NCBI GenBank assembly: GCA_964619365.1
Contig: CAZUDQ010000008.1
Coordinates: forward strand, 1-53,696
DNA from: an uncultured archaeon
Lineage (GTDB): Archaea > Altiarchaeota > Altiarchaeia > JAFGQM01
Length of the DNA stretch: 53,696 bases
Direction: 5' to 3'
Part shown: positions 44,442 through 53,696 of the stretch, piece after piece
How the letters are laid out: the number at the start of each line of letters is the position of its first letter
Position numbering within the stretch: position 1 is the first letter of the stretch
Position numbers and translations under genes: made by a program
The notes under the pieces: generated by a model
Told to the model about the DNA's origin: nothing
Database searches by the model: none
What the model saw: only the letters and a program-made list of their open reading frames with translations

Positions 44442-44633
44442 ATGGGCAGAGTTAAAACAAAAAACATCAAAAGAACGGCAAAAGCGTTGATAGTTGAATA
44501 TCCAGAAGACTTCTCAGAGAACTTTTCTGAAAATAAGCTCAAAGTAGACGAGTTTACAACAGTCCAGTCAAAGCTGGTTCGCAATAAGATTGCAGGTGCA
44601 ATTGTCGCAGAAAAGAAAAAAGTCATAGACTAA
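44442..44633 (+). CDS. rps17e: 30S ribosomal protein eS17
   Basis: MGRVKT..IKR, F..NK, SK.VRN.IAG. Confidence 0.93.
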   Translation: MGRVKTKNIKRTAKALIVEYPEDFSENFSENKLKVDEFTTVQSKLVRNKIAGAIVAEKKKVID

Positions 44634-44809
44634 ATTTCTAAAAATATCTTGGGACATAAGGAGGCATATTTTATTTTCCCGCCTCTATTCTTGCCGGTTT
44701 TTAATTCTAAATGTATCCAATTCTAATCAGATTTCAGATTAAATAAATAGCCTTAATGAAACAACCTTTAATCCGACCTTTTATTATTTGCTTTCAAAAA
44801 TAGCTAAGT

Positions 44810-45364
44810 ATGGACGGGTTACTCATTATATCAATAACTGCTATTCTCCACTCTCTTTACATAATCAGCCCGGCGTATTGTGCCAACGCCTTTGCAGTAT
44901 TTGGCGGCGGGACACCAATAGACTTTGGCAGGACCTGGAAAGGAAAAGCAATCCTTGGTCCAGGCAAAAGCTGGCGCGGCCTTGTAATTGGGGTTATTGC
45001 AGGGACTCTTTTTGGCCTTTTGTGGTTCTATCTTTCACAAAGCGGCCCACTCTCAGAAACTTACTATGGATTTAACTTCCAGATAACTCAGCCATACTTT
45101 GGTTTTGTCTTAGGCTTTGGCGCGCTTCTTGGCGACCTTGCCGGAAGTTTTATCAAGCGAAGACTAGGGAAGAAACGGGGGGCGCATGTTCCGGGACTCG
45201 ACCAGCTAGATTTGCTTCTGGGAGCGCTCGTATTGGGTTATATATTCATAACGCCGTTTCTTGCCTGGCAGGAAGTTATAATACTAATTGCAATAACGAT
45301 AATATTCCATGTTATCGGGAACAGGATAGCCTTCCTTGTAAAAAAGAAAGATGTGCCGTGGTAA
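44810..45364 (+). CDS. carS: CDP-archaeol synthase
   Basis: PAY.AN, PIDFG, LG.GKSWRG, GDL.GSFIKRR, LDQLD, K..PW. Confidence 0.92.
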   Translation: MDGLLIISITAILHSLYIISPAYCANAFAVFGGGTPIDFGRTWKGKAILGPGKSWRGLVIGVIAGTLFGLLWFYLSQSGPLSETYYGFNFQITQPYFGFVLGFGALLGDLAGSFIKRRLGKKRGAHVPGLDQLDLLLGALVLGYIFITPFLAWQEVIILIAITIIFHVIGNRIAFLVKKKDVPW

Positions 45365-45387
45365 ACCGCATTATAACATTAATTGTT

Positions 45388-46200
45388 TTATAATACCTTT
45401 TCATGACGAACTGCGTTACCGGCAATTGTTCTTTTCCAGCCATACCTTGGCATGAACTTCCCCGTCGTTTCAGGCGCAAAGTCGGCAGAGAGTCTTGTTA
45501 TCCCATCACGTTTTGCAGCATCCTCTAAAACAGTTGTCATAAAATGGCTCAGCCCATGGCGCCGGTAATTGTATTCCCTAACCTTACCTTCAAAGATGTC
45601 TGGTGAGGACATAAACCACTTTGTGAGATTAGTTTTAGATAGATTCATGTCCTGAATGACGCCCTTTTCTAAAAATTTGGGAAGATGTTTTATTAATCCA
45701 GAATAAATCTCATCATTAGGCTTGTTTAAAAGTTCGCCTATCCCGTCAAATTTACCTTCCTTGAGGTATTCTAATGCCTTTTGCTTACGCCCCTCGTCCT
45801 GATTTCCTTTCGAGTTTTCTTTTCTTCTAACTTCATCGTATACCGAGATGCCCCGAAGATAGCCTTTACGATGGAAGTCCAAGAAACCAACGTTAGTTTC
45901 TTTCCCCCGCCATACCGAGCCTAACTTGTAATTATCATAACCCACCTTACGTTTGCCATCACGCTTTAGCCTCAAAACCAAAGGACGCTCTTTTCTAACA
46001 GGATCCCTTACTACCGCAATAGCCTTGCCCTTTTTAGTTTTTAGGGGCACCTCATGGATATGTCCGCCATGTTCTACTCGTAAAACGCGCCCGTTTGTCG
46101 TAACAGCACCTTCTGGCAAAAGAAGATGGGCTATCTTTTTGTTCTTCTTGATTGCCGGCTTTTCTGCACGGTTTTTTGTCCAGGACTTAAAGCGTCTCAT
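45388..46200 (-). CDS. Basic hypothetical protein with C-terminal GNAT-like acetyltransferase motif
   Basis: YRRHGLS (motif A-like) followed by helix, strand and KF..RYGW. Confidence 0.6.
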   Translation of the reverse strand: MRRFKSWTKNRAEKPAIKKNKKIAHLLLPEGAVTTNGRVLRVEHGGHIHEVPLKTKKGKAIAVVRDPVRKERPLVLRLKRDGKRKVGYDNYKLGSVWRGKETNVGFLDFHRKGYLRGISVYDEVRRKENSKGNQDEGRKQKALEYLKEGKFDGIGELLNKPNDEIYSGLIKHLPKFLEKGVIQDMNLSKTNLTKWFMSSPDIFEGKVREYNYRRHGLSHFMTTVLEDAAKRDGITRLSADFAPETTGKFMPRYGWKRTIAGNAVRHEKVL

Positions 46201-46327
46201 AAATTATTTAATCGATAATTAGATAAAAAGTATTAATCACCATAATCCTTTCTCTAGTAAGATATAAAGAAAATCCCGGATTTAAGCAAGCCAGACTTCA
46301 GTAATAAAGCCCAGATAAACTCTAATC

Positions 46328-46351
46328 TTTTTATACCCATACCTTCAAATA
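46328..46351 (+). promoter_or_regulatory. rps12 (str) operon promoter
   Basis: TTTTTATAC-N9-CAAATA. Confidence 0.7.
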
Positions 46352-46546
46352 AACCGCTTTTTCTTTAGGAGTGCATATCTAATTTTGCAATTCGATTGAA
46401 AAGCTTGCAAGCTTAACGACACTCTTTTAAGTGGGGACGCTCGCTTTTACAATAGAGATTAGTTGGCCGTCGAATCAAATGTTTTTGCGCAAAAGTATTG
46501 TGCAAATAGGACTCGACATCATATTCAAACATAAAAAATATATAAA

Positions 46547-46975
46547 ATGGGAAACGGTGAATTTTCCGCAAAGAAGCTTGAGGACACCCGCAAGCACTTT
46601 AGATGGTACGATGAGTCTTACATGAGGCGTGAAAGGAAGCTTAAAGAGAGGCACGACCCTCTTGAGGGTAGAAGCCAGGCAAGAGGAATAGTCCTCGAAA
46701 AAGTGGGGATAGAAGCCAAACAGCCAAACTCTGCTATCAGAAAGTGTGTAAAAGTCCAATTAATCTTTAATGGTCACTTAATCACGGCCTTTACCCCTGG
46801 AAATCACGCAATCACATTCATTGACGAGCACGACGAAGTACTAATCGAAGGTATCGGAGGACGAAAGGGACGTTCATATGGTGATATCCCCGGTGTCAGA
46901 TACAAAGTAATCCAGGTAAACGGACAGTCCTTAGACCAGCTTGTCAGAGGCAAGGCAGAAAAAGCCAGAAAGTAA
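46547..46975 (+). CDS. rps12: 30S ribosomal protein uS12
   Basis: [22 protein letters not shown]. Confidence 0.97.
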   Translation: MGNGEFSAKKLEDTRKHFRWYDESYMRRERKLKERHDPLEGRSQARGIVLEKVGIEAKQPNSAIRKCVKVQLIFNGHLITAFTPGNHAITFIDEHDEVLIEGIGGRKGRSYGDIPGVRYKVIQVNGQSLDQLVRGKAEKARK

Positions 46976-46977
46976 AG

Positions 46978-47586
46978 ATGGAAGACATAAAACTATTCGG
47001 ACGATGGGATTTTAACGTTGAGGTTCTTGATGCAGGACTAGAGAGTTATATTAACTTGACTCCAATCCTTGTGCCAAATTCAGGCGGAAAGCATTCAAAG
47101 AAACGCTTTTGGAAGGCTGAAAAGTGCAATATCGTCGAGCGTCTTACAAACAAGATAATGCGTGGTTCTGTCGGTTCAAAGAAATTTGCCGGAAAGTACA
47201 TGCGCGGTGCTGGTGCTACGGGTAAAAAGGCCCTTGCAACAAGGATTGTTGAAAGTTCATTTGAGATAATTGAACAGCGCACCGGAAAGAATCCGGTACA
47301 GGTTTTTATTGACGCCCTTCAGAACGCAGCTCCTCGTGAAGAGACAACAACAATCATCTATGGTGGTGTTCACTATCACCAGGCAGTTGATGTTGCGCCA
47401 CAGCGAAGAGTTGACCTTGCTATAAAGAACCTTGTTGTTGCAGCATACGGCAACTCTTTTAACAAAAAGAACACAATCCAGAAGTGTCTTGCAGATGAGA
47501 TTATTGAGGCGTCAAAAAACGACACGAAGTCCTTTGCAATAAAGAAGAAAGAAGAGCTTGAGAGGATTGCGCAGTCAGCGCGATAA
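46978..47586 (+). CDS. rps7: 30S ribosomal protein uS7
   Basis: [38 protein letters not shown]. Confidence 0.96.
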   Translation: MEDIKLFGRWDFNVEVLDAGLESYINLTPILVPNSGGKHSKKRFWKAEKCNIVERLTNKIMRGSVGSKKFAGKYMRGAGATGKKALATRIVESSFEIIEQRTGKNPVQVFIDALQNAAPREETTTIIYGGVHYHQAVDVAPQRRVDLAIKNLVVAAYGNSFNKKNTIQKCLADEIIEASKNDTKSFAIKKKEELERIAQSAR

Positions 47587-47633
47587 TCTCTTTTTTATTT
47601 CATTTTAAACCAAACCATAAAAACAAGATTAAG

Positions 47634-49829
47634 ATGGGTCGTAGAGAACAGATGGTAGAGAAAGTCACAGGACTTATGAAGAAAAAAGACGTAATTCGTA
47701 ACATGGGTATTGCCGCTCACATCGACCACGGCAAGACGACCCTTTCAGACAACCTTCTTTCAGGATGCGGAATAATCTCAGAAGAGCTTTCAGGAAAGCA
47801 GTGTTTCATGGACTATGACGAGCAGGAGCAGGCCCGTGGTATCACGATTAACGCAGCAAACGTATCTATGGTGCACACTTATGGAGATACAGAGTACCTT
47901 ATCAACATGATTGATACTCCAGGCCACGTTGATTTCTCTGGGGACGTAACAAGAGCAATGCGCGCAGTTGACGGCGCAATTATCGTTGTTTGCGCAGTTG
48001 AAGGTGTCATGCCCCAGACAAAAACTGTACTCTCTCAGGCTCTAAAAGAGAAAGTAAAACCCTTAATATTTATTAATAAAGTAGACCGCATGATTAACGA
48101 GCTTAAGCTCACACCAGAAGCCATGCAGGAGCGCTTTGTTAAAATCATAAAGGAAGTCAATGTCCTAATCAAACAAATGGCGCCCCCGGAGTTTGCTGAT
48201 GACTGGGTTTGCGGAATTGCTGAAGGAAAGGTGGCTTTCGGTTCAGCTTACCACAACTGGGCAACCTCAGTTCCCTTCATGAAAAAAGCAGGATTCGGAT
48301 TTAAGGAGATTATTGAATACTGCAATAACGAGCAGCAGCGCGAGCTTGCAAAAAAGACTCCGCTTCACGCAGTACTTCTCGATATGGTTGTTAAGCATCT
48401 CCCTTCACCTGACATAGCTCAGAAATACCGTGTCCCAAACATCTGGAACGGAGACGAGAGTTCTGAAATCGGACAGTCTATGCAAAACTGCGACGACGAC
48501 GGAAAAGTCGCAATGATGGTGACAAAAATCATTATTGACCCCCAGGCCGGCGAAATCACAACTGGAAGAATATTCTCAGGAACACTTAAGCGTGGTATGG
48601 AAGTATACTCTGCCGGCGCAAAAAAGAAGCTAAGGGTTCAGCAGCTTGGTGTTTACATGGGCGCAGACAGAGTAAACGTTGACGAGCTTGACGCAGGTAA
48701 CATCGCAGCAATCATCGGTCTTAAGGACACATTTGCCGGAGACACACTTTCAGAAGTTGAGGACATGATACCTTTCGAAGCAATCAAGCACTTTTCAGAG
48801 CCTGTTGTCACAAAGGCAATCGAGCCGAAAAACCCGGCAGACTTACCAAAGCTTATTGAAGTCATGCGTTCACTTTCAAAGGCAGACCCGACGCTCCAGG
48901 TTACAATTGATGAAGAAACGGGCGAATATCTTATTGCAGGAATGGGCGAGCTTCATCTTGAAATTACAGAATACAGGATAAGAAACGAGCGAGGTGTTGA
49001 TATCAGTTCATCAAACCCGATTGTCGTATATCGTGAGACTGTTGCAGGTAAATCTCCTGAAGAGCATGGGAGAAGCCCAAACAAGCACAACGATTTCTTC
49101 CTTACAGTGGAGAAAATGTCTGATGAGTTGTATCAGGCCTTATGTGACGGCAAGTTCTCTGAAGGAAGATTAAAGGACTCAAAAGCCTTCTGGCAGGATC
49201 TTACAGAATACGGTATTGAAAAAGAGATTGCAAAGAAAGTGCGTGATATCTACTCTGGCAACATGTTTATTGATGCAACAAAAGGTGTCCAGCACCTTGA
49301 CGAGGTACTCGAGCTTGTGCTTGACGCCTTTGAAGACGTCATGAAAAGAGGTCCTCTTTCAAATGAGCCAGCCACAAAAGTTCTTGTAAAACTAGTTGAC
49401 GTCAAGCTTCACGAGGACGCAGTCCACAGGGGTCCGGCACAGATTTACCCTGCAGTCAGAAACCCGATTAAGCGCGGTATGATTGCGGCACAGTCGGGTC
49501 TTCTTGAGCCAAAGCAGAATATCTATATCCAGACGCCATCAACTTATATGGGCAACGCCAGCCGCGACATCCAGTCAAGACGTGGAGTCATTATCGACAT
49601 GCGCCAGGAAGGCGAGCAGAGTTTCATTGACGGGAAAGTACCTGTCGCAGAAATGTTTGGATTTGCCGGAGACATCCGCTCTGCAACTGAAGGAAACGTC
49701 CTTTGGTCTACTGAAAACGCAGGCTTTGAGCTGGTCCCAAGGGAGCTTCAAACCGATCTTGTCGCAGGCATAAGGAAAAGAAAAGGTCTTAATCCAAAGG
49801 CACCAACGGCTGCAGACTTCGAGGAATAA
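47634..49829 (+). CDS. fusA: Translation elongation factor 2
   Basis: [26 protein letters not shown], diphthamide loop HEDAVHRG. Confidence 0.97.
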   Translation: MGRREQMVEKVTGLMKKKDVIRNMGIAAHIDHGKTTLSDNLLSGCGIISEELSGKQCFMDYDEQEQARGITINAANVSMVHTYGDTEYLINMIDTPGHVDFSGDVTRAMRAVDGAIIVVCAVEGVMPQTKTVLSQALKEKVKPLIFINKVDRMINELKLTPEAMQERFVKIIKEVNVLIKQMAPPEFADDWVCGIAEGKVAFGSAYHNWATSVPFMKKAGFGFKEIIEYCNNEQQRELAKKTPLHAVLLDMVVKHLPSPDIAQKYRVPNIWNGDESSEIGQSMQNCDDDGKVAMMVTKIIIDPQAGEITTGRIFSGTLKRGMEVYSAGAKKKLRVQQLGVYMGADRVNVDELDAGNIAAIIGLKDTFAGDTLSEVEDMIPFEAIKHFSEPVVTKAIEPKNPADLPKLIEVMRSLSKADPTLQVTIDEETGEYLIAGMGELHLEITEYRIRNERGVDISSSNPIVVYRETVAGKSPEEHGRSPNKHNDFFLTVEKMSDELYQALCDGKFSEGRLKDSKAFWQDLTEYGIEKEIAKKVRDIYSGNMFIDATKGVQHLDEVLELVLDAFEDVMKRGPLSNEPATKVLVKLVDVKLHEDAVHRGPAQIYPAVRNPIKRGMIAAQSGLLEPKQNIYIQTPSTYMGNASRDIQSRRGVIIDMRQEGEQSFIDGKVPVAEMFGFAGDIRSATEGNVLWSTENAGFELVPRELQTDLVAGIRKRKGLNPKAPTAADFEE

Positions 49830-49872
49830 ATTTTATTTTTTAAATAAAACACACAAAACAAAAACAAATAAA

Positions 49873-51147
49873 ATGGCTGCAAAACTACCGCACATAAACC
49901 TCGTGACGATTGGTCACGTAGACGCAGGTAAGTCAACGACTGTCGGTCGTCTCCTCTTCGAGCACGGAGAGGTTGACGAACAGGCAATCAGGAACAACAA
50001 GATAGAGGCAGACAAGCTCGGTAAGAGTACTTTCGAGTTTGCCTTTGTCATGGACACCCTAAAGGAAGAAAGAGAGCGTGGTGTTACAATCGATGTCGCA
50101 CACAAGAAGTTTACAACAAACAAGTATTACTTCACGATAATCGACGCACCAGGACACAGAGACTTTGTTAAGAACATGATTACAGGTACTTCACAGGCTG
50201 ATGCCGCAGTACTTGTTGTCTCAGCAACAGACACAGAAGTCCAGCCACAGACGCGTGAACACGCGTTCCTTGCAAGGACACTAGGTGTTAAGCAGCTTAT
50301 TGTAGACATCAACAAGATGGATGCAGTAAACTACGACGAGGCAAAGTACAACAACGTCAAAAAGCTCATCGAAGGACTTCTTAAGTCAATCGGCTTTAAG
50401 GCAGACTCAGTTCCCTTTATAGCAACTTCAGCATTCAAGGGCGACAACATTCTTAAAAAGTCAGAGAACATGACTTGGTACACAGGAAAGACGCTTATTG
50501 ATTCATTAAACGATCTTACACCCCCTGCATCACTTGATGACAAGCCCCTTAGGCTTCCGATTCAGGATGTCTACTCCATAACAGGAGCAGGAACAGTCCC
50601 AGTCGGTCGTGTTGAGACGGGTATCCTCAAGCCAAACCAGAAGGTTATCTTTAAGCCAAGTGGAGCTGTAGGTGAAATCAAGTCAGTCGAGATGCACCAC
50701 GAGCAGATTACAGAAGCACATTCAGGTGACAACGTTGGTTTCAACGTCCGTGGTGTCGGTAAAAACGACATCAGGCGCGGAGATGTTTGCGGTGACGTAA
50801 GTAACCCCCCGACAGTAGCAGAGGAGTTTACGGCACAGATTATTGTCTTGAACCACCCAAGCGTACTTGCACCAGGTTACACACCAGTCTTCCACTGCCA
50901 CACGGCACAGGTCGCATGCACAGTTACTGCGATTAACAAGAAGATTAACCCTGCAACCGGTGAAGTAGTTGCTGAGAACCCCGACTTTATCAAGACGGGC
51001 GACGCTGCAATAATCACTGTCAGGCCGACGACCCCAATGTGTGTCGAGAAGGCAAGCGATTTCCCACCACTCGGGCGCTTTGCAATCCGTGACATGGGTC
51101 AGACGGTTGCTGCCGGTATGATCACCGACGTTAAGGCAAAGGTGTAA
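49873..51147 (+). CDS. tuf: Translation elongation factor 1-alpha
   Basis: [38 protein letters not shown]. Confidence 0.98.
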   Translation: MAAKLPHINLVTIGHVDAGKSTTVGRLLFEHGEVDEQAIRNNKIEADKLGKSTFEFAFVMDTLKEERERGVTIDVAHKKFTTNKYYFTIIDAPGHRDFVKNMITGTSQADAAVLVVSATDTEVQPQTREHAFLARTLGVKQLIVDINKMDAVNYDEAKYNNVKKLIEGLLKSIGFKADSVPFIATSAFKGDNILKKSENMTWYTGKTLIDSLNDLTPPASLDDKPLRLPIQDVYSITGAGTVPVGRVETGILKPNQKVIFKPSGAVGEIKSVEMHHEQITEAHSGDNVGFNVRGVGKNDIRRGDVCGDVSNPPTVAEEFTAQIIVLNHPSVLAPGYTPVFHCHTAQVACTVTAINKKINPATGEVVAENPDFIKTGDAAIITVRPTTPMCVEKASDFPPLGRFAIRDMGQTVAAGMITDVKAKV

Positions 51148-51352
51148 AAACCTTTAGCCACTTTTTATTTTTAGATTTCGCCTGCGTTTTTTCGCGGGCA
51201 ATTCATTTTTAACATATCATCAAAATTCATGGGCTCTTAAGTAACCCTTCTTTAAGGGGTTGGGAGTCCACCCTCTTTTGGGAAAGTGCATCATTGCCTT
51301 TTGTTTTTGGCAAAAAAGCGTTTCCCAACTCACGCTAAAATCAAAAACCAAA

Positions 51353-51661
51353 ATGAAACTACAAAAAGCAAAGATAAAACTCATCGGGCGCGATAAGGAA
51401 AAGCTTGATGACATATGCACGCAGATAATCGAGATAGCAAAAAAAGCTGATGTTGATGTATCTGGAATAATTCGAATACCGACAAAGAAGCTAAAGCTCA
51501 CGACCCTAAAGTCCCCGGACGGCGAAGGAAAGGCCACCTGGGAACACTGGGAAATGAGAATCCATAAGCGCCTTGTAATGGTTGCCGCTGACGAAAAAGC
51601 ACTTCGTCGCGTTATGAGGATTCAAATCCCAAAGGACGTTCACGTCGAAATCAGGCTCTAA
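51353..51661 (+). CDS. rps10: 30S ribosomal protein uS10
   Basis: KA.IKL, G...IPTK.L, KSPDGEG..TWE.WEMRIHKR; start at MKLQK (AAAATG) rather than 51260. Confidence 0.94.
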   Translation: MKLQKAKIKLIGRDKEKLDDICTQIIEIAKKADVDVSGIIRIPTKKLKLTTLKSPDGEGKATWEHWEMRIHKRLVMVAADEKALRRVMRIQIPKDVHVEIRL

Positions 51662-51693
51662 AGTAAGAGCCTCAGTTTCTTTATTTTATTAAG

Positions 51694-51975
51694 ATGGGTG
51701 ATTCAAACGATTCTCCCGTCTCTTCTGATTCTTTTTCAAAAGTTTATTCCCTAGTTCGCGCTCTTGAGAAAAAGGGACCGATTCATGACCGTTCGGGCAA
51801 AGACTACGCACCAGGAGAACTCGTTTCTGCAATAAAAGAGTATGAGGACTACTGTAAGAAAGTCAAAGCAGGCGAGCTTGTTTTTGACAAAAAAGAGCAT
51901 ACGCGCCTTCTAAAAAAGATAACTACAAGGGAAGGCATAAGGGACACAGTTATCTCTGCAGGCAATATTGCCTGA
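51694..51975 (+). CDS. Hypothetical protein (93 aa)
   Basis: ORF following rps10 on the same strand, stop abutting the convergent methyltransferase. Confidence 0.65.
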   Translation: MGDSNDSPVSSDSFSKVYSLVRALEKKGPIHDRSGKDYAPGELVSAIKEYEDYCKKVKAGELVFDKKEHTRLLKKITTREGIRDTVISAGNIA

Positions 51976-51978
51976 CAA

Positions 51979-52596
51979 TTAGAATTTCCCACACACAAAC
52001 CTGATTATCTGGTGAGTATGGTAAGGGGATTTTAGCTTTGGGCGCCCAACCTTAAGAATTTTAAAGCCCGCCTTTTCAAGAAGCCCCCTGAGTTCGTCCT
52101 CAGAGTAATAAGCATAGTATCTTTCAATATTGTAACGGTGGTCAAACTCAAAACTTTCTCCTTTCCCTTCCTTTACACTGAGATAGAGTATGCCTCCATT
52201 CTTTAGCGCCCGCTTCGCATTTTCCAAGGCGATTGGCGCGTCTTTTTTCTCGATACTAAGAAGTGCTGCAGAAAACCAGGCGCCGTCAAACGATTCTTCC
52301 TCAAGTTTTAAATAAAGCATGTTCATGACTTTAAATTCGGCGTTGGGCGCGACTTCTTTTGCCTTTTCTACCATCTTTTCTGAGAGATCAATACCTAAAA
52401 CATCAAAACCCAAATCCGAAAAGAACTTAGCATCGCGCCCGGAGCCACAGCCAATATCAATGATTTTCTTTCCTTTAAGAAGCGAGGCAAATTCCATTCT
52501 TGTCGCTATTTGCGGAGCTTCTAAGTCCCTTGTTTTATCGTGATACGCATCGACAGTCGCATCGTAGCCCGCAATATTCTTTTTGATAACTTCCAT
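51979..52596 (-). CDS. Class I SAM-dependent methyltransferase
   Basis: IIDIGCGSGRD, GIDLS..M, FDG.W, LK.GG. Confidence 0.92.
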   Translation of the reverse strand: MEVIKKNIAGYDATVDAYHDKTRDLEAPQIATRMEFASLLKGKKIIDIGCGSGRDAKFFSDLGFDVLGIDLSEKMVEKAKEVAPNAEFKVMNMLYLKLEEESFDGAWFSAALLSIEKKDAPIALENAKRALKNGGILYLSVKEGKGESFEFDHRYNIERYYAYYSEDELRGLLEKAGFKILKVGRPKLKSPYHTHQIIRFVCGKF

Positions 52597-52709
52597 TCGT
52601 ATTATCTATTAGGGACTAAGCTTGAAAAATCTTTTTAACGCACATTAGTGCCTTTTTATATTAAGTATAACTAACTATATCACAAAATATAACTCTATAT
52701 CATATTTCA

Positions 52710-52883
52710 ATGACAAAGACAATCACCCGAGCAAGAAAGGCAGGAGGCTCTCTTATCCTAACAATCCCCAAAGAACTCAGATCCGCTCTAGGAATTGAGG
52801 AGGGGCAACTTGTGGAAGTCGATATTGCAGCAGCGCATGTCGATTTTTTTGGAGCTATACCCAAGCTAGATCCGTACATATAA
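52710..52883 (+). CDS. AbrB/MazE/SpoVT-family antitoxin (absent from ORF track)
   Basis: 57 aa MTKTITRARKAGGSLILTIPKELRSALGIEEGQLVEVDI...; upstream of a PIN gene. Confidence 0.88.
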   Translation: MTKTITRARKAGGSLILTIPKELRSALGIEEGQLVEVDIAAAHVDFFGAIPKLDPYI

Positions 52884-52913
52884 AAAACCCAACCCGATTA
52901 AACCCAACCAATA

Positions 52914-53297
52914 ATGCCCGAAAGGTATGTGCTTGATGCTCATGCCTGGGTCGAGTACCTTAGGGGAAGCTCGCCTGGGCGGCGCGTCAAAGAGGCAATA
53001 GATGAGGGAGAAGCCTTCACGTCCCCAATAACCCTAGCCCAGGTTTTAGAGCACGCATCGCGCTCAAAAGCAGATTTAAGTATAGTCTCAAAGGCGATAA
53101 CTACAATGTCAGATATCGTCGAAGTTGATTCAGAACTGGCAATAATCGTAGCACAAAAGTCTGCCAAGTCAAAAAAGAGCGCGGCATTTGAAGCCATCTA
53201 TGTCGAAGCGACGGCAAAGAAGCTGGGTGCGCATATTCTTTCAGGAGACAAGTCAAAGACTTCGGCAAGGACAATTTCAATCCTGAAAATCAAGTAA
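52914..53297 (+). CDS. VapC-like PIN-domain protein
   Basis: VLDAHAWVEY, S.ITLAQV, A......ILSGD. Confidence 0.85.
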   Translation: MPERYVLDAHAWVEYLRGSSPGRRVKEAIDEGEAFTSPITLAQVLEHASRSKADLSIVSKAITTMSDIVEVDSELAIIVAQKSAKSKKSAAFEAIYVEATAKKLGAHILSGDKSKTSARTISILKIK

Positions 53298-53395
53298 ATA
53301 ATTGGTCGTTTTTTATTACACAGCCTCAAAATAAGCCGCATTTGCTCAAAGGTAGTCTTTATGGCAATTGGGCAAAACATTTCATTCCTTTTCAT

Positions 53396-53482
53396 GCCGA
53401 GGTGGCAGAATCTGGCTAATGCGCTGGACTTGAGATCCAGTGGGCTTCATCGCCCGTCTGGGTTCAAATCCCAGCCTCGGCG
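53396..53482 (+). tRNA. tRNA-Ser(UGA), long variable arm, CCA not encoded
   Basis: GCCGAGG/CCTCGGC acceptor, CTGGA-CT-TGA-GA-TCCAG, GGGC/GCCC variable arm, GGTTCAAATCC, G73. Confidence 0.96.
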
Positions 53483-53696
53483 TCTCACTTTATATTGGAT
53501 AATGCTTGACACCAAGGCTTATGTCAAAGTCATAAGTCCGGCATTTGCCCTCCACCTTGCCACCCAGCCTCGGCGTCTTAATCTATATTAGCTTAGTCTC
53601 GACTTGAGGCATTAGGCAAGGTCATGTGCATAAACGACGCATCCACCTTGCCACCCAGCCTCGGCGTCTTAATCTATATTAGCTTAGTCTCGACTT
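53470..53696 (+). repeat. Tandem ~92-bp repeat array containing the tRNA-Ser 3' end
   Basis: CCCAGCCTCGGCGTCT at 53470, 53563 and 53654; 55-nt exact repeat 53551-53605 = 53642-53696, truncated by the window edge. Confidence 0.9.

Noticed and set aside
53361-53591. 76-aa ORF with repeated QPRRL
   Set aside because: It is a translation of tRNA-Ser and the repeat array
53551-53696. CRISPR array (55-nt repeat, 36-nt spacer)
   Set aside because: The repeat is too long, contains the tRNA 3' end, the intervening segments are homologous to each other, and no cas genes are visible; reported as a tRNA-linked array instead

Overview
Archaeal chromosomal window, mostly core genes. The lineage is probably DPANN-like; this is inferred from divergent rRNAs, unlinked 5S, A-rich start contexts without Shine-Dalgarno and Cys-rich surface proteins, and needs a 16S/EF-2 tree. 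In order it carries: two tandem basic orphan paralogues; psmB-aCPSF1-trpS-pyrH-MGMT-ilvBH; two type IV pilus/T2SS-type ATPases and a membrane platform protein; nnr; a histone; a fluoride riboswitch-crcB-DUF190 cassette; tRNA-His; a 16S-23S operon (no tRNA-Ala, no 5S) followed by RNase P RNA; an HTH regulator, thermosome and Sec61beta; a membrane-anchored TPR protein and a 1228-aa Cys-rich secreted protein; Lrp; a second, acidic histone; alaS-leuS-pfkB; argJBD plus an ACT protein; rps15-sORF-serS-rps3ae-rps17e; carS; a GNAT-like orphan; rps12-rps7-EF2-EF1A-rps10; a methyltransferase; an AbrB-VapC pair; and tRNA-Ser. The most unusual signals are in non-coding RNA. (1) A tandem ~92-bp array downstream of tRNA-Ser re-uses the tRNA 3' end in every unit and runs to the window edge. 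(2) The RNase P P4 helix lacks the conserved bulged U. (3) The 23S peptidyl-transferase centre and 16S decoding centre carry covarying substitutions. (4) Three r-protein genes have long structured leaders, two of them behind a shared promoter motif. All calls come from motif recognition by eye; no searches were run.
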